Origin: Acholeplasma sp. | GTDB lineage: Bacteria; Bacillota_I; Bacilli_A; ML615J-28; CAG-698 | DNA: 64,000 nucleotides | Direction of reading: 5' to 3' | NCBI GenBank assembly: GCA_012838635.1 | Contig: DUOW01000011.1 | Coordinates: 4,882-68,881, forward strand | Shown: positions 19,350-30,031 of the stretch, piece by piece | How the letters are laid out: each line of letters opens with the position of its first letter | Position numbering within the stretch: the stretch's first letter is position 1 | Program-made: the position numbers and the translations under genes | Notes under the pieces: generated by a model | What the model saw: the letters and a program-made list of their open reading frames with translations, nothing else | Told to the model about the DNA's origin: nothing | Database searches by the model: none

Positions 19350-21977
19350 TTATTTACCGTGTTTAATTGCAGCTTGAGCAGCAGCTAAAATTGCAATTGG
19401 TACACGATATGGTGAACAAGATACATAGTCTAAACCAGCTCTATGGAAGAAGTCTACAGATGAAGGATCTCCTCCGTGCTCTCCACAAATACCAATCTTA
19501 AGTTTCTTGTTTGCTTTTCTGCCTTTTTCTACTGTCATTTTAACTAATTGGCCAACACCTTCTTGGTCTAAACGAGCAAATGGGTCATTTAGATAAATTC
19601 TTTTAGCATAATAGTTCTTTAAGAAGTCGGCTCCATCATCACGACTAAAACCAAATGTCATTTGTGTTAAGTCGTTTGTACCAAAACTGAAGAAGTCAGC
19701 TTCAGCGCCAATAATATCAGATAATAAAGCTGCACGAGGAACTTCAATCATTGTTCCAATCTTGTATTCACCTTTCATCTTGTTTTCTTTTAAAACTTGA
19801 TCAGCAGTTTCTTTAATAATATCCTTGAGATATCTTAATTCTCTAATTTCGCCTACTAAAGGAATCATAATTTCTGGAACTGCTTTATAAGCAGGATTAC
19901 GTTTCTTTACAGCACAATATGCTTCTATAATAGCTCTTGTTTGCATAATTGGTAATTCCGGATAGGAAATAGCAAGACGGCATCCTCTATGTCCTAACAT
20001 TGGGTTAGCTTCTTCAAGTTCAGAAATTCTTAATTTCATCTTTTCTAAACTAACACCTAAGTCTTTTGCTAGAGCAACGATATCTTTTTCTTCTTTTGGT
20101 AAGAACTCATGTAGAGGTGGATCTAGAAGTCTAATTGTAACCGAATAGTCACCCATTGCTTCAAAAAGAGCTTCAAAATCTTGTTCTTGCATTGGTTGAA
20201 TTTTTGCTAAAGCTTTTTCTCTTTCTTTAGTAGTGTCTGCAATAATCATTTCTCTTATTGCTTTAATTCTTTCTTCCCCAAAGAACATATGTTCAGTTCT
20301 ACATAATCCAATACCAGTAGCTCCAAATTCACGAGCTTGTTTAGCATCTTTAGGTGTATCAGCATTAGCTCTAACGCCAAGACGTTTTCTTTCAGTTGCC
20401 CATTCCATGATTGTTGCAAAATCACCAGAAATAGTAGCTGGTTCAGTTGGAATTGCTTCATTATAAATTAAACCTGTAGAGCCATCTAAAGAAATAACAT
20501 CTCCTTCTTTAATTTTTACATCATTAATTAAAGCATAGTCTTTTTGGAATCTTAATTCATGGCAACCAGCAACACAGCATTTACCCATACCACGAGCAAC
20601 AACTGCTGCATGTGATGTCATACCACCTCTAGCAGTTAAGAATCCTTCAGAAATATCCATACCTTCAATATCTTCAGGTGATGTTTCAAGTCTAACTAAA
20701 ACAACTTTACGGCCTGCATTATGCGCTTCAATTGCTTTTTCAACTGTAAATGCTACTTCGCCAGTAGCTGCTCCTGGAGATGCAGGTAACCCTTGACCGA
20801 TTGGTTTTGCTTGTTTTAGTTCTTCTAAAACAAAGTGTGGGTGCAATAAGTCATCTAATTGAGCAGGTTGTAACAATAACAAAGCTTCATCTTTTGTAAT
20901 TAAGCCTTCATTATGCATATCGATTGCAATTTTAATTGCTGCTTGGGCAGTTCTTTTACCACTTCTTGTTTGAAGTAAATATAATTTATCTTCTTCAATC
21001 GTAAATTCAATATCTTGCATATCTTTATAGAATGTTTCAAGTTTTTTCATTGAACCGATTAATTGATTGTATAATTTTTCGCTATAGTCTTTTAAGTGAT
21101 CAATGTGTTCTGGAGTTCTAATACCAGCTACAACATCTTCTCCTTGAGCATTCATTAAATACTCTCCATAGCAATGGTCATCTCCAGTAGCAGGGTTACG
21201 AGAGAAAGCTACTCCCGTTCCAGATGAATCTCCCATATTACCAAATACCATTGATTGAACATTTACTGCAGTACCCCATTCGTGTGGAATATCATTCATT
21301 CGGCGATAATAAATTGCTCTTGGTGTATTCCATGATAAGAACACAGCATTAATTGCTCCAAATAATTGTTCTTCTGGATTTTCTGGAAAGTCTTTTCCAA
21401 CTGCTTCTTTGTAAATAGCTTTAAAGCGTTTAATCATTTTCTTAAAATCATCAACACTAAACTCAGTATCTAATTTAATACCTTTTGCTTCTTTCATTTC
21501 ATCAATGATTTTTTCAAATTCGCTTTTGCCTACACCCATAACTACATCTGAATACATTTGAACGAAACGACGATATGAATCATAAACAAATCGTGGATTG
21601 TTTGTTCTACGTGCTAAACCAGTAGCAACAATATCATTTAATCCTAAATTCAAAATCGTATCCATCATACCAGGCATTGAAACCCTAGCACCTGATCTTA
21701 CAGAAAGTAGTAATGGATTGTTTGGATCACCAAATTTTTTACCCGTTTGCTTTTCTAGTGTTTTTAGTGACTCTTTAACTTGTTCCATAATTTCTTTTGA
21801 TAGTTTTTGACCATGTTTATAAAAGTATAAACATGCTTCAGTAGTTACAATAAATCCTTCTGGAATAGGTAATCCTAATTTAGTCATCTGGCCTAAGTTC
21901 GCACCCTTACCTCCACAAAGGTTTCGCATTGTCGCATCTACTTCATTAAACATATACGTGTATTGTTGTTTTGACAT
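19350..21977 (-). CDS. ppdK: Pyruvate, phosphate dikinase
   Basis: GGKGANL, SVRSGARVSMPGMMDT, GGMTSHAAVVARG, SFGTNDLTQ. Confidence 0.98.
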   Translation of the reverse strand: MSKQQYTYMFNEVDATMRNLCGGKGANLGQMTKLGLPIPEGFIVTTEACLYFYKHGQKLSKEIMEQVKESLKTLEKQTGKKFGDPNNPLLLSVRSGARVSMPGMMDTILNLGLNDIVATGLARRTNNPRFVYDSYRRFVQMYSDVVMGVGKSEFEKIIDEMKEAKGIKLDTEFSVDDFKKMIKRFKAIYKEAVGKDFPENPEEQLFGAINAVFLSWNTPRAIYYRRMNDIPHEWGTAVNVQSMVFGNMGDSSGTGVAFSRNPATGDDHCYGEYLMNAQGEDVVAGIRTPEHIDHLKDYSEKLYNQLIGSMKKLETFYKDMQDIEFTIEEDKLYLLQTRSGKRTAQAAIKIAIDMHNEGLITKDEALLLLQPAQLDDLLHPHFVLEELKQAKPIGQGLPASPGAATGEVAFTVEKAIEAHNAGRKVVLVRLETSPEDIEGMDISEGFLTARGGMTSHAAVVARGMGKCCVAGCHELRFQKDYALINDVKIKEGDVISLDGSTGLIYNEAIPTEPATISGDFATIMEWATERKRLGVRANADTPKDAKQAREFGATGIGLCRTEHMFFGEERIKAIREMIIADTTKEREKALAKIQPMQEQDFEALFEAMGDYSVTIRLLDPPLHEFLPKEEKDIVALAKDLGVSLEKMKLRISELEEANPMLGHRGCRLAISYPELPIMQTRAIIEAYCAVKKRNPAYKAVPEIMIPLVGEIRELRYLKDIIKETADQVLKENKMKGEYKIGTMIEVPRAALLSDIIGAEADFFSFGTNDLTQMTFGFSRDDGADFLKNYYAKRIYLNDPFARLDQEGVGQLVKMTVEKGRKANKKLKIGICGEHGGDPSSVDFFHRAGLDYVSCSPYRVPIAILAAAQAAIKHGK

Positions 21978-22080
21978 ATGTTACCTCCTTCAACAACTAC
22001 TTTCTATCATTATAACACTAATTATAAGAAAATAAAAGCGTTTTTATTATTTTCTTTTTCAAAAATAAAAAAGCGATTGT

Positions 22081-22905
22081 TTAATCATCATCGCTTTTTT
22101 TACTCTCGTTATAAAAATCTAAAAAGTTAAATTTTTCGTCATTATATTCCCAACCTAAAACACAATCTAAATTTACATTTAATGTTGCTTTAAAAATGTG
22201 CTTTTCAATAATTGGATTGTCTTTTTTAAGTTTAGCAATTAACGCTTTAACTTCTGCTCTTTTGCTATCTAAATCGCGCGAAGCAATTCTACATCCACAC
22301 TGCATTGTCTCTATTTCTGCATATTTCATATAAGTAATGATATCTTTTTCTTTAATATAATACATTGGTCTAATAACTTCCATACCTTCAAAGTTCTTTG
22401 ATCTTAACTTTGGCATCATTGTTTTAAAACAACCAGCATAGAGAATATTAAGCATTGTTGTTTCAATAACATCATTCATATGGTGCCCTAAAGCTATTTT
22501 ATTACAACCTAAATCTTGAGCTGCTTTATATAAAAATCCTCTGCGCATTCTTGCACACAAGTAACAAGGATTTTCTTCTTGCTCAGTAATTGAAAAAATT
22601 TCTGATCCTTTAATATTTATTGGAATTCCTAATTTTTCCGCATTCTCTTTTAATAACTTTAAATTAGCCTCATTATAGCCAGGATCCATTACTAAAAAAA
22701 CTAAGTCGAATTCTTTTTTGCCATGTCGATGTAATTCTTGGAAAAGTTTTGCTAGAGTAAAACCATCTTTTCCCCCTGAAATACAAACAGCAATTTTATC
22801 ACCATCTTTAATCATATCAAAGTCATTAATAGCCTTAACAAATGGTACATATAGCTTAGTTCGATATCTTTTAATTAATGCTCTTTCAATTTCATATAGT
22901 TCCAT
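22081..22905 (-). CDS. ttcA: TtcA-family tRNA 2-thiocytidine biosynthesis protein
   Basis: PP-loop SGGKDG, PCYLCARMRRG, IALGHH..D, C-terminal CGC. Confidence 0.8.
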   Translation of the reverse strand: MELYEIERALIKRYRTKLYVPFVKAINDFDMIKDGDKIAVCISGGKDGFTLAKLFQELHRHGKKEFDLVFLVMDPGYNEANLKLLKENAEKLGIPINIKGSEIFSITEQEENPCYLCARMRRGFLYKAAQDLGCNKIALGHHMNDVIETTMLNILYAGCFKTMMPKLRSKNFEGMEVIRPMYYIKEKDIITYMKYAEIETMQCGCRIASRDLDSKRAEVKALIAKLKKDNPIIEKHIFKATLNVNLDCVLGWEYNDEKFNFLDFYNESKKSDDD

Positions 22906-22944
22906 ATTTATTCTCCTATTAAATAAGGAATTGTTTCCAATTCC

Positions 22945-23913
22945 TTATTTATCTTCTTCATTTTTTTTAATTAAAAATGTTAAGCCAAAAGGTACAATAA
23001 CAGCACCACTTACTACTAGTGCAATTAAGCTTTGCCACCAAACATATTTTTTGAAAACAATGCCTTTATATTGTTTGCTTATCATAGCATCAAAAGAACT
23101 ACTCATACCGTCTTCAAAGTCTTCCATATTTCTTGTACTTGCATCAGTATTAATTGGTAAATTAATAGTTTTAAATGCTATTTCTGGTGTATTTGAATCT
23201 GTAATGATAATTTTTGCATTAATATCTATTGTTAGTGTTTCTGCTTGAGCAAATCTTAAAGCAGCACGAAATTCACAAGTTTGAACTTGTTTTGTCCTTA
23301 AATCTGAATCCATATCTGTAATTACACCAGCTACATCAGTAAACTTATATTGCCTTTCTTCATCTTTTACTTCATCGGTATTATGATTATAAAAAGGTGC
23401 TGTGAATTTTACACTTAATTCAATATCTTCAATATCTTCAATTACGTCCGGATCAACCATAAATTCTGCTTTAATCTTGCCATACTGAACATCATATAGA
23501 TAGATTTGTGGTGAAACGATATCATAATATTCTTTTTCATCTTCAACTCTTTTCCAAATGCCATCATATACGACCATGTTAAATAATTTTTCACCTTTGT
23601 CATTATAAACAGTTTCTTCATAGATTGGGTCTGGATTGTATTTTTGACTCCTATATTCAACATACTTTTGAATTCTTTCGCGTGGAAAACCAGCGCCTTT
23701 CATTAACTCAATAAAGGCATTTGCTCTTAAGTCACTCATGATTTTATCAGTAACACTTGTTTCGGCGTGCTTTGAATTTGGATTATATCTTTTGTTTAAA
23801 CCATAGTCAGCTACAAATGCTGCTATAGCTAAAGGTATAGCAATTGTAAATAAAATTATAATGAAGTTTATGATTCTTCTTTTTGTTTTAAAACTTAATT
23901 TCTTTTGACTCAT
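22945..23913 (-). CDS. Hypothetical membrane protein (N- and C-terminal TM helices)
   Basis: 322-aa ORF with RBS; two hydrophobic segments flank a large soluble domain. Confidence 0.7.
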   Translation of the reverse strand: MSQKKLSFKTKRRIINFIIILFTIAIPLAIAAFVADYGLNKRYNPNSKHAETSVTDKIMSDLRANAFIELMKGAGFPRERIQKYVEYRSQKYNPDPIYEETVYNDKGEKLFNMVVYDGIWKRVEDEKEYYDIVSPQIYLYDVQYGKIKAEFMVDPDVIEDIEDIELSVKFTAPFYNHNTDEVKDEERQYKFTDVAGVITDMDSDLRTKQVQTCEFRAALRFAQAETLTIDINAKIIITDSNTPEIAFKTINLPINTDASTRNMEDFEDGMSSSFDAMISKQYKGIVFKKYVWWQSLIALVVSGAVIVPFGLTFLIKKNEEDK

Positions 23914-24028
23914 CTTGATTCCTCTTTTCGTTTTTATATTATAGCAATTAATTTAGTTTTTTTCAAGGTTTATTATTAAATTGACTTTAAAATAAAGATA
24001 GGTTAAAATAATATGTGGAGGAGTTGAT

Positions 24029-24940
24029 ATGCGTAATTTTGAATTAGATATTTCTCGCTTTTTTAGAAGCATAAGCACAGAGACCTTAGATAAAATTGTT
24101 CAAATCCTAACATTTATGGGGTCACAAATTGTAATTATTGTTATTGTAGCTATTATTTATTTCGTTTTAGATAAAAAGGCAGGCGAAAAAATTATTTATA
24201 TAACTTTAACTTCGTATGGAGTAAACAATGCATTGAAAGGTTTATTTGCGATTAAAAGACCATTCCAAGTAGATCCAGATATTGAAGCTGCTGGAGTCAG
24301 TGATGCAACAGGCTATTCTTTCCCAAGTGGGCACTCACAAGGAGCTGCTTCTGTTTATTTCTCAATCGCAAATCATTTTAAAAAAAGATGGTTATGGATT
24401 ATTTCAATTGTAATTATTACTATTATTGGGTTTACAAGAATTTGGCTGGGCGTTCACTTCTTATCTGATGTTGTTGTAGGAATTAGTTTGGGAATTGGTA
24501 TCTCACTACTTTGTGGTTCTTTATACGATACTTTCGAACATTCATTTAAATCAAAAATCATTTTACTAGCAACTACTTTAATAATTTTTGCCCCATTCTT
24601 GTTTATCTTTTATCGTCCTAATGTTGACGATATGTTAGTTTATCGAGATTTCTATATCTCATATGCTGCTTATTTAGGATTCTTTGGTGCTGTTATTATT
24701 GAAAACAAACTTGTAAAGTTTACTGATCTAACAACTTTAGGAATGAAAATTTTAAGAGCCGCTATTGGTATTGCTATTATGGTTGGGGTTTATCTAGGTT
24801 TAAAATTTGCTTTTCCTGACGGATATATGATTTTAGATATGCTTAGATACTTTTTAGTTATCTTTATTGGTTTAGGCATCTATCCTCTTATCTTTAAAAA
24901 CACTCCTTTATTTAAATACATTTATAAAGAAGTAGAATAA
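24029..24940 (+). CDS. PAP2-family membrane phosphatase
   Basis: K......RP, SFPSGH, TRIWLGVHFLSDV. Confidence 0.9.
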   Translation: MRNFELDISRFFRSISTETLDKIVQILTFMGSQIVIIVIVAIIYFVLDKKAGEKIIYITLTSYGVNNALKGLFAIKRPFQVDPDIEAAGVSDATGYSFPSGHSQGAASVYFSIANHFKKRWLWIISIVIITIIGFTRIWLGVHFLSDVVVGISLGIGISLLCGSLYDTFEHSFKSKIILLATTLIIFAPFLFIFYRPNVDDMLVYRDFYISYAAYLGFFGAVIIENKLVKFTDLTTLGMKILRAAIGIAIMVGVYLGLKFAFPDGYMILDMLRYFLVIFIGLGIYPLIFKNTPLFKYIYKEVE

Positions 24941-24953
24941 AACAAAATAAAAA

Positions 24954-24974
24954 ACCGAAGCATCTAGCTTCGGT
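24954..24974. terminator. Bidirectional terminator
   Basis: ACCGAAGC-atcta-GCTTCGGT flanked by A and T runs between convergent genes. Confidence 0.8.
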
Positions 24975-24992
24975 CTTTTTTTTATTATTTAA

Positions 24993-25595
24993 TCATTCTA
25001 GATTAATAACTTCTTTTTCTTTCTCTTCTTTTTCTTTAGCTTTTGCTTCTTCGTTCTTTTGCTTTAAGTTAGCAACTTTGTCAGCAAAGAACTCTCCTTT
25101 ACTATCACCTGCAAGAACGATAATTCCTTGACCGGCATAAGATAGAATTAAACCAACAGCTACAAACACTAATGAAGCTGGGGCGTCGTTAACAAGAAAG
25201 AAAATAAATAAAGCTAAACCTACAGCAGCTAAAGCAAATACAGCAATAGCTGTTAGAATTTTTCCTTTTACTTTAATGCCATAATAGACAATTCCTGCTA
25301 CAGCTACAAGTAATGATAAAAAGAAAAATAAATAAATTACGTTGTTTACATCCATATATGCATGAGCAAATAAAGAAAGTGAAACAAAAGAAACAATAAA
25401 ATATAAAAACTTTTCTGTTGCTACTGCTAATACTAAGCCAAAGATTGCTCCTAATACAGCTATAAGCCCTAAAATTCCTCCAGGTATTCCGCCACCAAAA
25501 ATTGCGGAAATAACTGCTACTATTAATCCTGACACTAAAATTGCTCCACCTATAATGCTAAGTAGATTCTTTTTTAAAACTGCTTCTGTTTTCAT
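24993..25595 (-). CDS. Hypothetical multi-pass membrane protein
   Basis: About 6 hydrophobic segments, charged C-terminal tail, GGAGG RBS. Confidence 0.75.
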   Translation of the reverse strand: MKTEAVLKKNLLSIIGGAILVSGLIVAVISAIFGGGIPGGILGLIAVLGAIFGLVLAVATEKFLYFIVSFVSLSLFAHAYMDVNNVIYLFFFLSLLVAVAGIVYYGIKVKGKILTAIAVFALAAVGLALFIFFLVNDAPASLVFVAVGLILSYAGQGIIVLAGDSKGEFFADKVANLKQKNEEAKAKEKEEKEKEVINLE

Positions 25596-25616
25596 ATACC
25601 CTCCTCTACATCTTGT

Positions 25617-26969
25617 TTATTTACCTAAACAAAACTGCAAAAACATTTCATCAAGTAGCTCTTCACTACTAACTTCTCCTAAAATTTCTCCTAGGCTTTG
25701 CCATGCGCTACGCAAGTCGGTACTTGCTAGGTCAATTGGCATTCCTGATTCTAAAGAACTTAAAGCATCTTTTAATGACTGCAAAGCTTTTTTTAACTTT
25801 GTAATTGCTCTTACTGACGTTACATACTTAATTTCGCTATCATCAATTTGCTTAATGTTACATACTTCTTTTACTGCTTTTTCTAGTCTTTCGATATCTT
25901 TTTCATCAAAAGCGCTAATAATTATATAATTATCAAATAAACTTAGATCTATTTTTTGCGGTAGATCTTTTTTATTAATAACCGTTAGAACATGTTTATC
26001 TTTGGTTAGTTTAATTATTTCTAAATCATTATGATCTAGTTTAGAAGAATAATCAAATACCAAAATAATTAACTCAGCCTTCTCTAAAACTTCTTGAGTT
26101 TTTAAAACTCCAATTTGTTCAATAATATCATCGGTTTTTCTAACTCCTGCGGTATCAATTAAATTTAAGGTTAGTCCGCCGATATTAACACTACCTTCAA
26201 CAACATCTCTAGTAGTCCCAGCTATATCAGTTACAATTGCTTTATTCTCTCTTAATAAAGCATTTAGAATACTACTTTTACCAACATTAGGTTTTCCAAT
26301 AATAGCAGTAGTAATACCTTCTTTAATTTTAATTGAGTTTTCACTTTTCTCAATAATTGTTTCAATTTCTTGAATGTTTTCTTTTATATTAGGAATTAAA
26401 TATTCTTCAGTAATTTGTTCTTCGTCTTCATATTCTGGATAATCAATATTAACTTCAATTTTCAAAATTATTTCTAAGATTTTAGATCTAAACTCTTGAA
26501 TAATTCTTTTGATATCACCTCTTAAACCATAATTAGACATTTTTAATGTTTCTTTGTTTTTAGCATCAATAACGTCCATGACAGCTTCAGCTTGAGTTAA
26601 ATCAATTCTTCCATTTAAGAATGCTCTTTTTGTAAATTCGCCCGGTTCAGCAAGTCTTGCCCCCTTAACAATACAAAGTTCTAAAACTTTGTTTGTGACA
26701 AAAACACCGCCATGACAATTAATTTCCACAACATCTTCTTTGGTGTATGTCCTGGGCGACTTAAAAACACTAACTAAAACTTCATCTAACATTTGATCGC
26801 CATCATAGATAAATCCGTAATGAATAGTATGGCTACTAACTTTAGTTAAGTCTTTACCGCGAAAGATTTTATTTACAATATCGATTGCGCCTTTCCCACT
26901 TAACCTCACAATAGAAATTGCACTTCTTGTATTGGCTGTAGAAATTGCACAAATAACATCATCATACAT
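25617..26969 (-). CDS. mnmE: tRNA modification GTPase MnmE (likely start 26969)
   Basis: GEFTKRAFLNGRIDL, GKPNVGKSS, DTAG, C-terminal FCLGK. Confidence 0.97.
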   Translation of the reverse strand: MYDDVICAISTANTRSAISIVRLSGKGAIDIVNKIFRGKDLTKVSSHTIHYGFIYDGDQMLDEVLVSVFKSPRTYTKEDVVEINCHGGVFVTNKVLELCIVKGARLAEPGEFTKRAFLNGRIDLTQAEAVMDVIDAKNKETLKMSNYGLRGDIKRIIQEFRSKILEIILKIEVNIDYPEYEDEEQITEEYLIPNIKENIQEIETIIEKSENSIKIKEGITTAIIGKPNVGKSSILNALLRENKAIVTDIAGTTRDVVEGSVNIGGLTLNLIDTAGVRKTDDIIEQIGVLKTQEVLEKAELIILVFDYSSKLDHNDLEIIKLTKDKHVLTVINKKDLPQKIDLSLFDNYIIISAFDEKDIERLEKAVKEVCNIKQIDDSEIKYVTSVRAITKLKKALQSLKDALSSLESGMPIDLASTDLRSAWQSLGEILGEVSSEELLDEMFLQFCLGK

Positions 26970-27091
26970 ACGCATTCCCCTATTATAATAATTATACAAT
27001 ACCTTATTTTTATTTTCAAGTTTTTTCGTTTTTTGCTTTATTATTATCGTTTTATATGTTATAATTAAGATATAGATAACAAGGAGGTTAT

Positions 27092-27784
27092 ATGGAAAAA
27101 TTTTTACAAGAAAAGTACGAAGCTTTTAAAAAGCTTGCTGCTGAACGCTTTTCATACGATAAGATTGATTTAGAGTTTATTGTAGATTTGGTTTACAATT
27201 CACTTACTTTTGAAAGAAGAGTAGTTACTAGAGAAGATATCAAAAATATTTTGTCAGGTAAACACGAAAACTATGATGAAAATTTGGTAACTACTGCTGA
27301 AAATCATCGAAAAGCATTTTTGTTTATGGCGGATTTAGCTAAAAGAGGTGAACCACTTACAGAATCAAAATTAAAAGATTGCCATTCTATTTTAATGGAT
27401 GAGCACGGGGGAATGTATAGAACTTTTAATATTTCGATTCAAGGATCACAACATACTCCACCACCACACTACAAAATTTATGCTCGTATTGATGAATATT
27501 TTGAAGTTTTAAGAGGAGACGATCTTCCTATCAATAAAATTGCTTATAGTCACTTACAACTTGCAAAAATCCATCCCTTTTTAGATGGTAACGGAAGACT
27601 TGCTCGTCTAGTATTAAACTACTATATGTTGGTTTCTGGACTTGCTCCTATCATTATTCCTTCTGCAGATAAAGAAAAATATTTTCAATGCTTAGAAGAC
27701 TATAAAGTAAAAAAGACTACCCTTACTTTTATAAATTATTTAATTCAATTAGAAGAAGTTTCATTTGAAAAATACTTTAAATAA
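27092..27784 (+). CDS. Fic-domain protein
   Basis: Intact HPFLDGNGRLAR motif; N-terminal SLTFE resembles the class II inhibitory motif. Confidence 0.9.
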   Translation: MEKFLQEKYEAFKKLAAERFSYDKIDLEFIVDLVYNSLTFERRVVTREDIKNILSGKHENYDENLVTTAENHRKAFLFMADLAKRGEPLTESKLKDCHSILMDEHGGMYRTFNISIQGSQHTPPPHYKIYARIDEYFEVLRGDDLPINKIAYSHLQLAKIHPFLDGNGRLARLVLNYYMLVSGLAPIIIPSADKEKYFQCLEDYKVKKTTLTFINYLIQLEEVSFEKYFK

Positions 27785-27786
27785 AT

Positions 27787-27814
27787 AAAAACCACGAAAT
27801 TATTCGTGGTTTTT
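27787..27814. terminator. Bidirectional terminator between fic and jag
   Basis: AAAAACCACGAA-atta-TTCGTGGTTTTT. Confidence 0.8.
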
Positions 27815-27823
27815 TTATTTTAA

Positions 27824-28438
27824 TCATTCGTGCGTAGGTTCAATAATTAAATGTCTATCTTTGCCTTCACCTTCAGAATGTGTTGTAACTCCTTTTAGGC
27901 TGGCTACTTTATCGTGAATGATTTTTCTTTCATATGAGTTTAGATTACTTAAAGCTATTGGTCTTTTTGTTTCTTTAACTCGTCTTGCATGTTGACTAGC
28001 TAAGCTTTCTAAATAATCAATTCTTTTTTGTTTATATTCTGCTACATCTACAATTACATTTAAATCTGTAGATTTAGTAACATTATAAATAGCTGTCGAT
28101 ACTAAAGCTTGTAAAGCAATTAGATATCTAGATCTTCTACCAATTAGATATCCATTATCTTCACCGGCATTGATATTGTAATAAATAAGATTATCTCTTA
28201 TTTTCTTTTCTACAATACCTTTAATATTGTTTGCTTTTAATATTTCTTTTAAATATTCTTCGCCTACTTTTACAGGGTCTTTTTTAACACTAACTTCAAC
28301 TAAAAGTTTAGTTTTAAAAAGTCCCTTTTTTTCTAATACTTCGATATCTACTTGGTCAGGCTCTAAACCCATATCTTCTTTAATTAGTTCATAAACTTCA
28401 TCTAAAGTTTTAACTTCATATGTTTTCTTTTCCATCAT
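27824..28438 (-). CDS. jag: Jag/KhpB (EloR) RNA-binding protein
   Basis: Jag_N region, KH-like GYLIGR, R3H ERKIIH..HSEGEG..R; after yidC. Confidence 0.9.
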   Translation of the reverse strand: MMEKKTYEVKTLDEVYELIKEDMGLEPDQVDIEVLEKKGLFKTKLLVEVSVKKDPVKVGEEYLKEILKANNIKGIVEKKIRDNLIYYNINAGEDNGYLIGRRSRYLIALQALVSTAIYNVTKSTDLNVIVDVAEYKQKRIDYLESLASQHARRVKETKRPIALSNLNSYERKIIHDKVASLKGVTTHSEGEGKDRHLIIEPTHE

Positions 28439-29401
28439 TTACTCCTTGTTGTATTTTGCTCTTAATTTCGCTAGTCGTTTTTCTGTTAACATAAAACTGA
28501 TTTGTGCTTGGATCATTGTATAAAGATTACCAACTAACCAATATAAACCTAAACCCGCTGGGTTTCCTAAAACAAACACAACCATCATAACTGACATTGC
28601 AAAAGCAAAAACGTTCATCATGATATTTTGTGATTTGTTTTGTTGCGTTTGTTGTGGTTTACGATATTCAGGAATATCTGAATATACTTGTTTCTTTTGC
28701 CATTTTTGTCTTAAGATTGTAAGTATTTGCGATAATACTTGAAGTACTCCAACAGCGATTGCTAGAATCCAAATTTTAGTTGCTTGTTCTGGCATATCTG
28801 TCTTATTCATAAATAAGTTTAATCCTAAGAAATTTTGGTTCATAAAGGCAAAGTTCATTTTTAAAGTTGTATCTAATGTATCTGGAATTCTTCTTAACGC
28901 TTGGAAGAATCCTAAGAATAGTGGCATTTGTAAGAAAGGTAATAAACATCCTCCAATGCCAATACCATACTTTTTGTATAGTTGCATCATTTCCATTTGT
29001 TTTCTTTGTTGTGACTCTTGATCATCTTTACCCGCGTATTTTGCTTCTAGTTTTTCCATTTCTGGTGCCATTAGTTGTGTTTTTAATGACATATCGTTTG
29101 TTTTTGTATAGATTGGCCAAGCTGCGGTTCTTACTAAAATTGTTGTAATAATAATTGTAAGACCATAGTTTCCACCTACTGCTTTACCAACAACCCACAT
29201 AAGAGCGGCCATTGGCCAAACAAACAAGTCCCAAAAACTTTTAAACCCAACAATTGGATTTGGTTCAACTGTGCCATCTCCACTACTTTGACCTGCACAA
29301 CCACAACCAACTAAAAATAATGCCACAAACAAAACTAAAACAGTAACCCCTATCATCTTAATTGTTTTATTATTTAAGATTTTGTTCATTAATAGTTTCA
29401 T
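28439..29401 (-). CDS. yidC: Membrane protein insertase YidC/SpoIIIJ
   Basis: GCLLPFLQMP, PAGLGLYWLVGN; lipobox-like N-terminus. Confidence 0.95.
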   Translation of the reverse strand: MKLLMNKILNNKTIKMIGVTVLVLFVALFLVGCGCAGQSSGDGTVEPNPIVGFKSFWDLFVWPMAALMWVVGKAVGGNYGLTIIITTILVRTAAWPIYTKTNDMSLKTQLMAPEMEKLEAKYAGKDDQESQQRKQMEMMQLYKKYGIGIGGCLLPFLQMPLFLGFFQALRRIPDTLDTTLKMNFAFMNQNFLGLNLFMNKTDMPEQATKIWILAIAVGVLQVLSQILTILRQKWQKKQVYSDIPEYRKPQQTQQNKSQNIMMNVFAFAMSVMMVVFVLGNPAGLGLYWLVGNLYTMIQAQISFMLTEKRLAKLRAKYNKE

Positions 29402-29741
29402 TAATAGTCTCCTTTTGTTTTTTCATTTTTTTAATTAAATAATTAATGTTCTCTTCTTTTTCCGTATAACTTAACTCTGTGCTTTTATCTTTAACAACAA
29501 TTAACATCTTATAATGCTCAATCGTTTCTAAAAGCGGCCTAATAATTTCTCGAATAACTCTTTTTTCATAATTTCTTTCAACTGCGTTGCCTACTTTTCG
29601 TGAAACAGACAAAGCTATAAGAGGGTCTTTTCTTTCCATATAATCATAGTAGATTACATAGTTTCGATTACCCACAGATTGTTTCTTCTGGAGTAATTCT
29701 TTAATATCATAATTTTTCTTTAAGCTATATTTACGATTCAT
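29370..29741 (-). CDS. rnpA: Ribonuclease P protein component
   Basis: SVSRKVGNAVERN..KR..RE. Confidence 0.95.
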   Translation of the reverse strand: MNRKYSLKKNYDIKELLQKKQSVGNRNYVIYYDYMERKDPLIALSVSRKVGNAVERNYEKRVIREIIRPLLETIEHYKMLIVVKDKSTELSYTEKEENINYLIKKMKKQKETINETINEQNLK

Positions 29742-29809
29742 TTTACACCTCTATCATTAAATAAAAAGACCACTCACATAAAAATGACAAAAGTGGTCCT
29801 AGAGTTTAT

Positions 29810-29947
29810 TTATGCAGATATTTGTTTTCTGCCTTTACGTCTTCTGCTAGCTAGAACCCTTCTGCCTCCTACAGTTGACATACGAGCACGAAATCCATGT
29901 ACCTTGCTTCGTTTTCTTTTATTAGGTTGATATGTTCTTTTTGACAT
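29810..29947 (-). CDS. rpmH: 50S ribosomal protein L34 (not in ORF track)
   Basis: [54 protein letters not shown]. Confidence 0.98.
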   Translation of the reverse strand: MSKRTYQPNKRKRSKVHGFRARMSTVGGRRVLASRRRKGRKQISA

Positions 29948-30031
29948 AATTTCACCTCCTATGTTTTAAACCATGCCTTGCTATTATATACAAATTTTTG
30001 GCGATTGTCAATTATTTTCTAAATTTTAATT

